A model generated the notes under the pieces. It made no database searches and was not told the origin of the DNA. It worked only from the letters and a program-made list of their open reading frames with translations. DNA of 53,811 bases, from the IMG/VR virus record IMGVR_UViG_3300045051_000148, one strand, 5' to 3'. Of this stretch, positions 38,198-47,058 are shown in pieces. The translations under genes were made by a program, and so were the position numbers. Source of the DNA: a virus. How positions within the stretch are numbered: position 1 is the first letter of the stretch; every line of letters begins with the position of its first letter.

Positions 38198-39143
38198 AAT
38201 CATCGTCCCCAGCAATCAAGAACACTGGCTTGCCATGCGCAAGCAAGACGTCACCAGCACCGAGTCTGCGGCGCTGTTCTCAATGTCTCCATACGTCACG
38301 CATTTTGACCTCTGGCACCGCAAGCGCACAGGCATCGTGCCCGAGTTCAAGACCAACGACCGCATGGCATGGGGCAACCGACTGGAGGCCGCGATCGCGC
38401 ACGGCATCGCCGAGGAGCAGGGTTGGGAAATCCGGCCCATGAAGGAGTACTTCCGCGACCCCGACCTGCGCATGGGCAGCTCGTTTGACTTCGTGATCAC
38501 CAACCTGCCGGGAGGCCCGGTGCACCTGGAGATCAAGAACGTCGACTACCTGGCCTTCCGCGACGGCTGGCTTGAGCACGAGGACGGCAGCATCGAGGCC
38601 CCGGAGCACATCGAGATGCAGGTCCAGCACCAGATGGCCGTCTCAGGCTTTGAGCGAGCGTTCATTGGCGCGTTCATCGGCGGCAACAGAGGCGTGGTGA
38701 TCGAGCGCCTGCGCGATGAGGACGTCATCAAGGCGATCAAAGCCAAGGTGGCGGCCTTCTGGAAAACGGTCGACGAAGGCCAAGAACCAGACCCAGTGAT
38801 GCCAGGCGACGCCGAGGTGATCATCCGGCTCAACCAGTACGCCAAGCCTGGCAAGGTGCTCAGCGCAGACGGCGACGAAACGCTGGCCGAGCTGCTCGAG
38901 CAGTACAAGTCGGCAGCCGCCACCGAGAAAAACGCCAAGGAGGACAAGGACGTTGCCAAGGCCAAAATCTTTAAGCACATCGGCGACGCCGAGAAGGTCC
39001 TGACCAGCGCCTGGAGCGTGAGCTGCGCGATGCAGGCAGACACCCCTCCGACCCTGATCACCGCCGACATGGTGGGCAAGTCCTACGGTGGCCGCGCAGG
39101 GTTCAGAAATCTTCGTTTATTCCCACGCAAGCCCACGAAATGA
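38187..39143 (+). CDS. YqaJ-type viral recombinase exonuclease
   Basis: 318 aa from ATG 38187 (GGAG SD). ...HWLAMRKQDVTSTESAALFSMSPY...SSFDFVI...VHLEIKNV... fits the PD-(D/E)xK YqaJ/lambda-Exo-like fold. Paired with recT. Confidence 0.85.
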   Translation: MATEIIVPSNQEHWLAMRKQDVTSTESAALFSMSPYVTHFDLWHRKRTGIVPEFKTNDRMAWGNRLEAAIAHGIAEEQGWEIRPMKEYFRDPDLRMGSSFDFVITNLPGGPVHLEIKNVDYLAFRDGWLEHEDGSIEAPEHIEMQVQHQMAVSGFERAFIGAFIGGNRGVVIERLRDEDVIKAIKAKVAAFWKTVDEGQEPDPVMPGDAEVIIRLNQYAKPGKVLSADGDETLAELLEQYKSAAATEKNAKEDKDVAKAKIFKHIGDAEKVLTSAWSVSCAMQADTPPTLITADMVGKSYGGRAGFRNLRLFPRKPTK

Positions 39144-39185
39144 TGGTACACTGATTGGAAATTCCAAACAGGAATCCACCCCGCA

Positions 39186-39207
39186 GCCGGTCGGCCACCG
39201 GCGTTTT
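39186..39207 (+). terminator. Small hairpin + T4 between exonuclease and recT (attenuator/stability element candidate)
   Basis: GCCGGT-CGGCC-ACCGGC followed by GTTTT, ending 2 nt before the recT SD. Preceded by the palindrome TTGGAA-A-TTCCAA (39163-39175). Confidence 0.35.
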
Positions 39208-39221
39208 CAGGAGCAACTCAA

Positions 39222-40073
39222 ATGAGCCAAGTCGCTGTTATCAATGAAGTCCGAAGCGCCATCGAGCGCATGTCCCCTCAGTTCAAAGCCGCCCTGCCAG
39301 CCCACGTCAGCGTCGACCGTTTTGTGCGCGTCACGCTGACCGCTGTGCAGACCAACCCCAACTTGCTCGAAGCTGACCGCCGCACGCTGTTTGCCGCAGC
39401 CACCAAGGCCGCGCAAATGGGCCTGCTGCCAGACGGCCGCGAGGGCGCGATCGTCACGTTCAAAAACCAGGCGCAGTGGATGCCGATGGTCGCGGGCATC
39501 ATGAAGCTGGTGCGCAACAGCGGCGAGATCAGCACCTGGTCGGTCCAGGCGGTCTACGAAAACGACACCTTCGATTTCTGCCTGGGCGACGAAGAGCACA
39601 TCACGCACAAGCCCAACCTGGCCAACCGTGGCAAGCTGATTGCGGTTTACTCGATCGTGACCATGAAGGACGGCGAGAAGTCCCGCGAGGTGATGAGCGT
39701 CGAGGATGTGCTGGCAATCAAGGCCCGCAGCCGCTCCGGCAGCTCTGGCCCTTGGGTGTCCGACTTCGCCGAAATGGCCAAGAAGACCGTCATCCGCCGC
39801 CACAGCAAGCGCCTGCCTTTGAGCACCGACATTGACGGCGTGCTCAAAGAGGACGACGAGCTGTTCATGCCCGAGCCCGCACAGGCCGCGCCAGAGGCCG
39901 CACAAGCCGAGGAAAAGCCGTCCGCAGCGCGACGCCCCAGTCGCCTGAATAAAGTCGCTGAGCAGGCGCCAGAGGCCGCGCAGCCCGACTCCGACGGCGT
40001 AATCGACGTGCCGCACACCGACGTCCAGAACGCCACCTACGCGGGCGAAAACGAAGCCGACAGCCCGATCTGA
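39222..40073 (+). CDS. recT: RecT-family single-strand annealing protein
   Basis: 283 aa. ...FKAALPAHVSVDRFVRVTLTAVQTNPNLLEADRRTLFAAATKAAQMGLLPDGREGAIV... has typical RecT N-terminal and core features. Confidence 0.9.
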   Translation: MSQVAVINEVRSAIERMSPQFKAALPAHVSVDRFVRVTLTAVQTNPNLLEADRRTLFAAATKAAQMGLLPDGREGAIVTFKNQAQWMPMVAGIMKLVRNSGEISTWSVQAVYENDTFDFCLGDEEHITHKPNLANRGKLIAVYSIVTMKDGEKSREVMSVEDVLAIKARSRSGSSGPWVSDFAEMAKKTVIRRHSKRLPLSTDIDGVLKEDDELFMPEPAQAAPEAAQAEEKPSAARRPSRLNKVAEQAPEAAQPDSDGVIDVPHTDVQNATYAGENEADSPI

Positions 40074-40167
40074 TTTTTGGGCCGAAAGCCAAACCCCGGG
40101 ACGGGCGGAGTTCTTGCCGCTGACGGGGTGGCAAGTAGGCCCACCATTTAACCCACAGGAGAACCCC

Positions 40168-40374
40168 ATGGAATACCGCATTTACGTGATTCGCGAGCAA
40201 GGCAAGGACGACATTCGTCTGGTCCGCGCAGGCAGCCTGGCCCAGGTGCTGCGCCACCTGGTCAAGGACCGCTTTGAAATTGATCGCGCAAGCACCGCAG
40301 ATGTTGCAGACTACGTGACGGCCGGTATTCCGGTCGAGCGCGTGGCCAACAACGACAACGCCGACGCCGTTTAA
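40168..40374 (+). CDS. Hypothetical protein
   Basis: 68 aa from the ATG with CAGGAGAACC SD. Confidence 0.6.
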   Translation: MEYRIYVIREQGKDDIRLVRAGSLAQVLRHLVKDRFEIDRASTADVADYVTAGIPVERVANNDNADAV

Positions 40375-40392
40375 CCCAACCAGGAGCATTTC

Positions 40393-40749
40393 ATGAGCGA
40401 CAACAAACCATCCCCCATCAGCGTCGCAGCCGCGACCGACGTTTCCGAGTTCTTCACCGACCTGGACGGCGGCATCTTTGAGCGCAAGCTCTCGATTGCC
40501 CTGTCCCAAGTGGCCGCTGCCTGCACCGACCACGACAAGGTCGGCGAGGTCAACATCAAGCTGTCGTTTTCGCAGATTCCTGGTACCGGCCAGGTGCGCT
40601 GCGAGCACACGCTGAAATTCGTCAAACCCACCCTGGACGGCAAGTCTGGCGAGGAAGAAAAACGCGCCACCGTCCTGCACGTTGGCAAATACGGCGCTCT
40701 CTCGCTTGCTCAGCCCTCGCTGATGGGCAAGCAGGGCGAGCTGGTCTAA
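40393..40749 (+). CDS. Hypothetical protein upstream of YfdQ-like gene
   Basis: 118 aa, CAGGAGC SD. Confidence 0.65.
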   Translation: MSDNKPSPISVAAATDVSEFFTDLDGGIFERKLSIALSQVAAACTDHDKVGEVNIKLSFSQIPGTGQVRCEHTLKFVKPTLDGKSGEEEKRATVLHVGKYGALSLAQPSLMGKQGELV

Positions 40750-40758
40750 GGAGCTGAC

Positions 40759-41568
40759 ATGATCGACAAAGACGCCATCGAAGCCCTGCAACTGTCAGAA
40801 GCCATCACCGCCGCCAACAACAATGTCGGCGCATCTTTTGTGACCGCGCTGCCCGATGGCTTCCGGCTGCATGACCTGGAGAAACACCAGACCAATCGCC
40901 GCCGCGCCATCGGCGTGATGAAGACCAACGCGCTGCCAGATTTCGCCACCTATGTGGAAGCGCACGCCGAAATTGGCGCTACGGTGTTTGTCAACGCACA
41001 AGCCATGTCGGCCACAGCGGTCTTGAATCTTGGCGTTCCAGAAGAGCCAGGTCAGGCCGACAACCTGGCCGTGCTTGAGGCTCGCCGCACAGCCGCGTTT
41101 TCAGCCCTGCAGCACATCGCCAACGGCCAGCCACGCAGCCAGCAAGAGATCGCCGAGTTCATGGAGGACTGGCCCAGCATGGTGTCCTGCTTCAACGACG
41201 AGGGCACCATCTCGCCCGCCAAGGCCATCGCCGCTGTTCGCAAGGTCACCATCGAGGCGATGCGCAAGATGGAGAGCCAGGAAAAGCAGCTCTCAGCGAG
41301 CCGCAGCGCCTTCGAAAGCGTCCAGGCCACCAGCACCGAGCCGCTGCCCACCTTGGTTTATTTCGAGACCGTTCCTTATCACGGCCTGGCATCGCGCTTG
41401 TTTGTGCTGCGCCTTGGCGTGCGCACAAGCGGCGACAAACCCACCATCACTTTGCGTGTCCAGAATCTGGAGCAGCACGAAGAGGAAATGGCAAACGAGC
41501 TGGCCGAGCTGGTCAGCGCAACTGTGAAAACCACCGCTGTGCTTTTGGGCACATACCAACCTAAGTGA
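40759..41568 (+). CDS. YfdQ / DUF2303 family protein
   Basis: 269 aa. Overall pattern (...LPDFATYVEAH...VFVNAQAMSATAVLNLG...GQADNLAVLEARRTAAFSAL...) matches my recollection of DUF2303. Confidence 0.7.
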   Translation: MIDKDAIEALQLSEAITAANNNVGASFVTALPDGFRLHDLEKHQTNRRRAIGVMKTNALPDFATYVEAHAEIGATVFVNAQAMSATAVLNLGVPEEPGQADNLAVLEARRTAAFSALQHIANGQPRSQQEIAEFMEDWPSMVSCFNDEGTISPAKAIAAVRKVTIEAMRKMESQEKQLSASRSAFESVQATSTEPLPTLVYFETVPYHGLASRLFVLRLGVRTSGDKPTITLRVQNLEQHEEEMANELAELVSATVKTTAVLLGTYQPK

Positions 41569-41575
41569 GAAACCC

Positions 41576-41791
41576 ATGACAAACCAACCCATGAACGACC
41601 AAACCATCACCCTCAAGCTGTCCGTCAGCGAGTTCAACTTCCTGCACGCCATTCTTGGCGACCTGCCCACCAAGACCAACGCCTGGGTGCTCTTGAACAA
41701 CCTGGAGAGCCAGGCCAAAGCGCAAGCTGAGGCGCAAAACATCCCTGTGGTGAACCCCGCCGCAGAGACTGCCCCAGCAGCCGCTGAATAA
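41576..41791 (+). CDS. Hypothetical protein
   Basis: 71 aa ORF. Confidence 0.6.
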   Translation: MTNQPMNDQTITLKLSVSEFNFLHAILGDLPTKTNAWVLLNNLESQAKAQAEAQNIPVVNPAAETAPAAAE

Positions 41792-41800
41792 CGCAAACAA

Positions 41801-41820
41801 GGGCCGCCTTCGGGCGGTCC
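41801..41820 (+). terminator. 8-bp stem with UUCG tetraloop (terminator/processing or stability element candidate)
   Basis: GGGCCGCC-TTCG-GGCGGTCC, 10 nt after the stop at 41791. No U-tract. Directly followed by the SD of the next gene. Confidence 0.4.
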
Positions 41821-41835
41821 GCAAGGAGTACCCGC

Positions 41836-42045
41836 ATGGAGAAGTTTGAAAACCAGATGCTGACGCCGCAGGAGGTCTCCCAGTTGATCAAGATTTCGGT
41901 TGGCACGCTGGAAAACTGGCGCCTGGCAGGCAAAGGCCCCAAATTCATCAAGCTCGGTGGCGGCCCCAAGGGGCACATCCGCTACCGGCTGCAAGACGTC
42001 GAGGATTGGATGTTTGAGGACGCAAAAACAGGAGAACAGAAATGA
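41836..42045 (+). CDS. AlpA/excisionase-family (MerR-like) HTH protein
   Basis: 69 aa. MLTPQEVSQLIKISVGTLENWRLAGKGPKFIKLGG...IRYRLQDVEDWM is the HTH_17/AlpA pattern. Confidence 0.75.
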   Translation: MEKFENQMLTPQEVSQLIKISVGTLENWRLAGKGPKFIKLGGGPKGHIRYRLQDVEDWMFEDAKTGEQK

Positions 42046-42353
42046 GTATTCCACCCACATTCCAAAAAGCTGGCGATCATTTTGACCCTTACGCCAGTGA
42101 GGCTGACACCGCAGAGCTGTTGCGCATCGGCAAGATGCCAGAGGCCTTGCGCCTGGCTGACATGCTGGAGATGGAAATGCAGCACCCAGGGCACGGCAGA
42201 GCCGCCGATTGCCTGCGCAAGATGTATATGTTGTTTCAACACTGCGAAAACGAGATGCGTTACGCAGGGTGGGACAAGCGTGAAGCTGACAACTACGTGA
42301 GAAACGATGTGTACGAAGAGGTCAAGAAATGCCTGGGAAACAGAAATGACTGA
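42042..42353 (+). CDS. Hypothetical protein
   Basis: 103 aa, ATGA overlap. Confidence 0.6.
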   Translation: MSIPPTFQKAGDHFDPYASEADTAELLRIGKMPEALRLADMLEMEMQHPGHGRAADCLRKMYMLFQHCENEMRYAGWDKREADNYVRNDVYEEVKKCLGNRND

Positions 42354-42465
42354 GGCCCAAATCGCCACATTGACCAGCAGCGTTTTCCTTGCTGCGTATC
42401 TTGGCAAGCACTGGCTTTCCGCTGTGTTTTGCGTGGCTTACGCAGTGGCATCGTTCCTGAAATGA
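42346..42465 (+). CDS. 39-aa hydrophobic miniprotein (tentative)
   Basis: Hand translation MTEAQIATLTSSVFLAAYLGKHWLSAVFCVAYAVASFLK. Overlaps the upstream stop by 8 nt and the downstream start by ATGA. Confidence 0.35.
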   Translation: MTEAQIATLTSSVFLAAYLGKHWLSAVFCVAYAVASFLK

Positions 42466-42701
42466 ACCAGTCCCGCACCGCCTCGCTGATTGAGTCCGTG
42501 TTCAACGTGGTCATCGGCTACGGCGTGGCGCTGGCCAGCCAGCTGGCGATCTTTCCGATGTTTGGCATTCACCTGCCACTGTCCGACAACCTAGCGATCG
42601 GCGCTTGGTTTACCGTCATCAGCCTGGTGCGCAGCTATGCGATCAGGCGCTGGTTCAACGCGCGGCTGCACCGAGCCGCCAACAAACTCGCAGGTTTATG
42701 A
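42462..42701 (+). CDS. Small two-TM membrane protein
   Basis: 79 aa from ATG 42462. ...SLIESVFNVVIGYGVALASQLAIFPMFG...AIGAWFTVISLVRSYAIRRWFN. Confidence 0.6.
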   Translation: MNQSRTASLIESVFNVVIGYGVALASQLAIFPMFGIHLPLSDNLAIGAWFTVISLVRSYAIRRWFNARLHRAANKLAGL

Positions 42702-43219
42702 AACGCAAAAAACACAGCCGAACGGTCTACGTGTACCGCTACAGCCTCATTGATGTGATGCTGGCCAGCCCCACGGAGCCACTACCAGAGTCGCATCGTG
42801 TGCACCAGCTCACTCGAATGCACCAGGGGCTTGAAGCGATGGAGAAGGCCCCACAGCCGACTACCGACGACTGGCGAGTTGTGAGCGATGCGGTGAACAT
42901 CATGGAAACGCTGGTCACATCCGGGCCGTGGCCAGACTGCAGTGGCGAGCCGGTTGAAATTACCGACTCCAGCGGCTTGCTGCAGGATGCCGTCACCGCC
43001 ATGGCCCTGGCCGGCAAGCGCCACAAGGCGGGCGGCAACATCCGGCTCGACGGCGCAGGCATCCAGGCCGTGCGCGGCGTCCTGGCCGATTACAGCGACA
43101 TGCTCGAAGCGCTGCCAGCGCGCACAATGATCAAGGCGCACCGGGAAACCGAGCGGCGCTTGCATGAAATCTTGAGCGGGAAGAAACGCCCGCACGACGT
43201 TGAAATCTGTGATCTCTGA
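42698..43219 (+). CDS. Hypothetical protein
   Basis: 173 aa from ATG 42698 (ATGA overlap). Basic N-terminus, helical. Confidence 0.65.
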   Translation: MKRKKHSRTVYVYRYSLIDVMLASPTEPLPESHRVHQLTRMHQGLEAMEKAPQPTTDDWRVVSDAVNIMETLVTSGPWPDCSGEPVEITDSSGLLQDAVTAMALAGKRHKAGGNIRLDGAGIQAVRGVLADYSDMLEALPARTMIKAHRETERRLHEILSGKKRPHDVEICDL

Positions 43220-43231
43220 GGAGCTCTGAAG

Positions 43232-43504
43232 ATGACCCCCGAAGAAATGAAACTCGACATGCTTGTCGCTGAGCTGGACTACGAGAACCGGCTGCTGCGG
43301 GCGCGCAATGAGCGGCTGACGAATGAAAACGAAGCGCTGGAAAAGCAGGTCAAGGAGCTGCAGGACAAGCTGACACCTCCTCCGAAGTTCAGAATTGATC
43401 CGGACGACCCATGCCCAGGATGCCGCAAGGGCGGCGTTTGCCGCACACCAAAATGCGGTCGGCTCGCTTTGCCAGAAAACCACCCATACCGTGTCGGCAA
43501 CTGA
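43232..43504 (+). CDS. Coiled-coil protein with C-terminal Cys cluster
   Basis: 90 aa, GAGGAG SD. ...LRARNERLTNENEALEKQVKELQDKL... then CPGCRKGGVCRTPKC. Confidence 0.6.
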   Translation: MTPEEMKLDMLVAELDYENRLLRARNERLTNENEALEKQVKELQDKLTPPPKFRIDPDDPCPGCRKGGVCRTPKCGRLALPENHPYRVGN

Positions 43505-43544
43505 AACCCCTTGGCCGTACATCCACGCCCTGCTTGGCCCGGGG

Positions 43545-43700
43545 TTGCACTGGTCAAAGTCGCCTGCCAGCGTCCAGGCGGCGATCGACCGGGCCGAGCG
43601 TGAAGGCCAGCGCGCGGCGGCCGATCACCTGCGCATCATCCTTGACCAGATTCGGGTTGTCGGGTTTGTGCTCCAGGAAGAAAAAACTCCGCCGGGTTAG
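43545..43700 (+). CDS. Possible last small early ORF (start unresolved)
   Basis: Protein-like frame (...SVQAAIDRAEREGQRAAADHLRIILDQIR...) but no ATG. Only TTG 43545, CTG 43530 or TTG 43395 are available. Its 3' end overlaps the minus-strand terminator. Confidence 0.25.
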   Translation: MHWSKSPASVQAAIDRAEREGQRAAADHLRIILDQIRVVGFVLQEEKTPPG

Positions 43701-43705
43701 GGCGG
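43681..43705 (-). terminator. Rho-independent terminator of the late (tail/internal protein) operon
   Basis: Minus strand CCGCC-CTAACCC-GGCGG-AG-TTTTTT, 40 nt after the stop of the 671-aa gene, in the convergent junction. Confidence 0.5.
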
Positions 43706-43744
43706 GGTAAGTCCTGATTTCTCAGGCGAGGGAGACAACTGCAA

Positions 43745-45760
43745 TCATTCCAGCGTGTCGGGCGCTGTCTGTTTGGGCGCGTTCATCTTGCGCCACTCGC
43801 GCTCCAGCTCGCTTTCGCCTTCGGGCATTTCTGGCGTTGTGGGCATCGCGGCCTCGATGCCGCCAGAGGTGTCGCCTTCCACGGCGGGTGGGTTGAAAAT
43901 CGATGTCGTGGTGCCCATCACTGCGCCAGCCTCGCCCGCCGTTGCCTTGACCGCCTTGGGCACCTGGCCAGCGGCGTAATCCTCGAGGAACTTCACCACA
44001 GAGGCCACCTCGGCCGGGTTCTTGGCCATCAGCATGTCGGCCAGCTTGTCGGCCACCTGCGGGGTGATCGTGGCGCTGTTGGCAAAGCGCGTGGCCAGCC
44101 CGGACAGCGCGCCGCTGAAGTTGCCGAAAGCACCCTGCACCATGGCCTGGCCGATGCCTGGGCCTTCATCCAATCCCTCGGCCATGGCTTGTCGCTTAGC
44201 TGTCTGCGAGCCGCCCAGGATTTTGTTGGCCTGCTGGAACAACTGGGCCTCACGCTCCAAGGCCGCCTTGAACAGACGGAAGTGCGCGGGGTCGTCGAAC
44301 AGGGGCTGGAGTTTGGCCGTCGTCTCGGGCGAGTTGATGATTCTGTTGGCCGCGTTGAAGTTCGTCGACGGGTCCATGATGGTGCCGTACAGATTGCGCG
44401 CAACACCCGTGCGGAAGGCTTCTTTTTCTGCGTTGCCCATGCCGGACACCAGCTTGATCACCTGTTCATGGTCGAGCTTGTTGAAGTCGCTCATACCGGC
44501 GCGCATGGCGTCGATCACCTCCATGTCGCCCGCGTAGGCCTTGCGAGCGTCGCGGTACGCTGGGACGTTCTCGTCGATGGCGTTCACAAACACTTTGCGC
44601 AGGTCGCGCAGGGCGCTGGCCTCGGTCTTGGACAGGCCCTTGCCCGCAAAGCCGGACTCGATGGTGGCGTCGATGCCGCGCTTGATGTAGTCCAGCGTGC
44701 GCACATCGGGCAGTCGGGTCAGCTCCAAGACCTCGGCACCGCTTTCGGTGAACTTACCCGATGGCTTGTAAATCTCGGGCAGCGCAAACTTTGACGGGTC
44801 TTCGCCGCGCAGTTTTGCAGCCATGGCCTCGGTGTCAGCGATGCTGCGGGCCTTCTGGAAAAACTGCTGGAACTGCGGGTTCTTGAGCGCCTCAACGATA
44901 CGAGGGTCATCCACATCGCCGTGGGCATAAGCGTCGTCGTAAACGGTCTGGGCCCGGCTGCGCAGCTCTTTGACCAGATTGGCCTCGTCTGCGTAGTAGT
45001 CGCCAGGCTGCAGGCCTTTTGCGACCTGCTGGTATGTGCGCTCGCGTGCGCCGGTTTTCTGCTGCGTGAGGGTCTTTTCGACCTTGCGCGTGCCCTTGCC
45101 GGTGCGTTGCGCGACAGCCTCGGCCAAGTCGGCCATCGCCCCGTCCACGTTGGCCAGCGTGCTGGGCACATTCATGGAGCGGTCCTTGGCCATCATCTGC
45201 TCGATCTGCTGGGGCGTCAGATTGGACTCGCGCATCGCCCGGGTCATTTTCTCGCCAGCCCGTGCGGAAATGGTCGCCTCTGTGGGAGCCAAGCGATCGC
45301 GTAGCCACTGGCCCGCGCTCTTGGTGCCGCGAAGCACAACGGGAGCGCCGCCGCCGATGATCGTGCCCAGCGTGCCGCCAACGACGGCCCCTGTGCCCCG
45401 ATCGCCCTCTGTGGCCGACCCAGCGCCAGACACTGCGCCCGTGGCCCCACCAAGGGCTGCCAGACGCCCAAGAGCGCCAACAGTGGACCGCTGAGCCTGA
45501 GCAACAGCCGCCGGTTGCGCCCCAGGCACAAACATCATCCCAACAGCCGGAGCCATGCCACCAGCGAACTCGGCGGCCATGGCTGTTGCGGGGTTCTCGC
45601 GGGCGTACTGTGCGTACTCCTGGCGAATCTGCTGCAAAGCCTGCTCGTAGGGTTTGCCACCCAGCTTGGAGCGCAACCAGGCCTCGCCCTCGTCGCCCCA
45701 GCCCATGCCAAGGCCCTGGCCCAGAAAGGCGCGGGCCGTGTTCGTGATGCCGTCAGCCAT
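43745..45760 (-). CDS. Large internal-virion/ejection-type protein
   Basis: 671 aa, last of four consecutive large genes after the nozzle-like gene (the T7 gp13-16 position). Gly/Ala-rich N-terminal segment. No enzymatic motif recognised. Confidence 0.65.
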   Translation of the reverse strand: MADGITNTARAFLGQGLGMGWGDEGEAWLRSKLGGKPYEQALQQIRQEYAQYARENPATAMAAEFAGGMAPAVGMMFVPGAQPAAVAQAQRSTVGALGRLAALGGATGAVSGAGSATEGDRGTGAVVGGTLGTIIGGGAPVVLRGTKSAGQWLRDRLAPTEATISARAGEKMTRAMRESNLTPQQIEQMMAKDRSMNVPSTLANVDGAMADLAEAVAQRTGKGTRKVEKTLTQQKTGARERTYQQVAKGLQPGDYYADEANLVKELRSRAQTVYDDAYAHGDVDDPRIVEALKNPQFQQFFQKARSIADTEAMAAKLRGEDPSKFALPEIYKPSGKFTESGAEVLELTRLPDVRTLDYIKRGIDATIESGFAGKGLSKTEASALRDLRKVFVNAIDENVPAYRDARKAYAGDMEVIDAMRAGMSDFNKLDHEQVIKLVSGMGNAEKEAFRTGVARNLYGTIMDPSTNFNAANRIINSPETTAKLQPLFDDPAHFRLFKAALEREAQLFQQANKILGGSQTAKRQAMAEGLDEGPGIGQAMVQGAFGNFSGALSGLATRFANSATITPQVADKLADMLMAKNPAEVASVVKFLEDYAAGQVPKAVKATAGEAGAVMGTTTSIFNPPAVEGDTSGGIEAAMPTTPEMPEGESELEREWRKMNAPKQTAPDTLE

Positions 45761-47043
45761 TACTCAAGCCCTCCTGCTGAGTTCGTGTCGCGGTACAAAC
45801 CCTGGTTGATCTCGTTGAAGCGTTTTTGCAGTTTGGCCTGGCCGCGCTGCAGGGCACCGTAAGCGTTGAGCATGATGCGCTTGCGCTCTTCCTGGTTCTT
45901 GGACTTGGCGCCAGAAACCATGGTCAGCAGCTTGATGTCTGAGTCGGACAGAACGCCCTTCATTTTCTCTGCTGCCGAGCTGATCATCTGGTCGGTGAGC
46001 AGGTTTTCCAGCTCTTGCGTGTTAACCAGGACCGGGTCCTTGGAGCCAGCGGCCTCAAGTGCAACACGGGTCGCCTTGTCCACCAGGGAACCGGACATGC
46101 TGTTTTTGTTGAGGTCGAAGGCACGCTTCAAAATCCCCATAGAGCCGTTGATGTTGCTCAGTGCATCCTCTGTTTCGGTCTTGAGTTTGAGCTCCGGAGC
46201 CGTCAGCTTGGTGGCCTGCTGTTGCTGGAAGTTGAACTTCTGCTGGGCCAAGGCAAGGTTTGCCTGAGCGGTGCCCATCTGCGCCAGTGTGGCGTTGATG
46301 CGGCTCATCTGCTGCTCAGTGTTCATCTCGGCAATCTGGGCGACGCGCTTTTGGAACTCGGGCGTTCCTGGGACAAGCCCCTCATCCTTGGCCTGCTTGC
46401 CTGCGGACGACTCGGGTTGGCCGGACTTCACGTAGTCCTTGATCAGCTCGGTAGCGATTGTGCGCTTATCCTTCATACCCTCGGCGGCTAGTGCGCGCAG
46501 GGTGTTGAGGTCCTCCTTGGCGCCTGTCATCCGCAGCTTTTGAGCCTCAAGACCAAGCTGCAGACGGCGGTCGCGCGCTTCCTTCTCTGATGCGCGTCGC
46601 TCTTCAAGCATTTTGGAAGCCGCGCCACCGGCTGTGCCCAGCGACTCCATGAAGTTGCCGGTCTTGGTCGGAGCACCAAATGCGGCGGCCAGTCGGAAGT
46701 ACATCTCGGCCTTGCTGGGGCCGGACTCTTGGGGCTGCTTGATGGCCTCCTGCAGGAGCTTGTTGAAGGCCTCGGACTCTTTGGTCATTGTGGCACGCGC
46801 AGCCTTGAGCTCGGAGCCGTAATCGTCGCCCTGGGGAAAGTACCTGCCAATCAGGGACAAAAGCTGGTCGCTCCGACCAGGGGCGGCGGCTGGCGCTGCT
46901 GCAGGCGTTGAGGCCGCAGGCATGGGCGGCAATTCGGTGGCGGGAGCAGCCATTGGAGCGATGGGCGCACCGACAACCGGCAAGCGAATGCCTGGCTCTT
47001 CGCCAATGTTGTAGTTTGAGGCCAGGTCGTAGATCGATGGCAT
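45760..47043 (-). CDS. Internal-virion-type protein
   Basis: The track start is TTG 47055. ATG 47043 has a GGAGG SD (427 aa). Pro/Ala-rich N-terminus and a long helical region. Confidence 0.65.
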   Translation of the reverse strand: MPSIYDLASNYNIGEEPGIRLPVVGAPIAPMAAPATELPPMPAASTPAAAPAAAPGRSDQLLSLIGRYFPQGDDYGSELKAARATMTKESEAFNKLLQEAIKQPQESGPSKAEMYFRLAAAFGAPTKTGNFMESLGTAGGAASKMLEERRASEKEARDRRLQLGLEAQKLRMTGAKEDLNTLRALAAEGMKDKRTIATELIKDYVKSGQPESSAGKQAKDEGLVPGTPEFQKRVAQIAEMNTEQQMSRINATLAQMGTAQANLALAQQKFNFQQQQATKLTAPELKLKTETEDALSNINGSMGILKRAFDLNKNSMSGSLVDKATRVALEAAGSKDPVLVNTQELENLLTDQMISSAAEKMKGVLSDSDIKLLTMVSGAKSKNQEERKRIMLNAYGALQRGQAKLQKRFNEINQGLYRDTNSAGGLE

Positions 47044-47058
47044 GTTTGCCTCCAAAAA

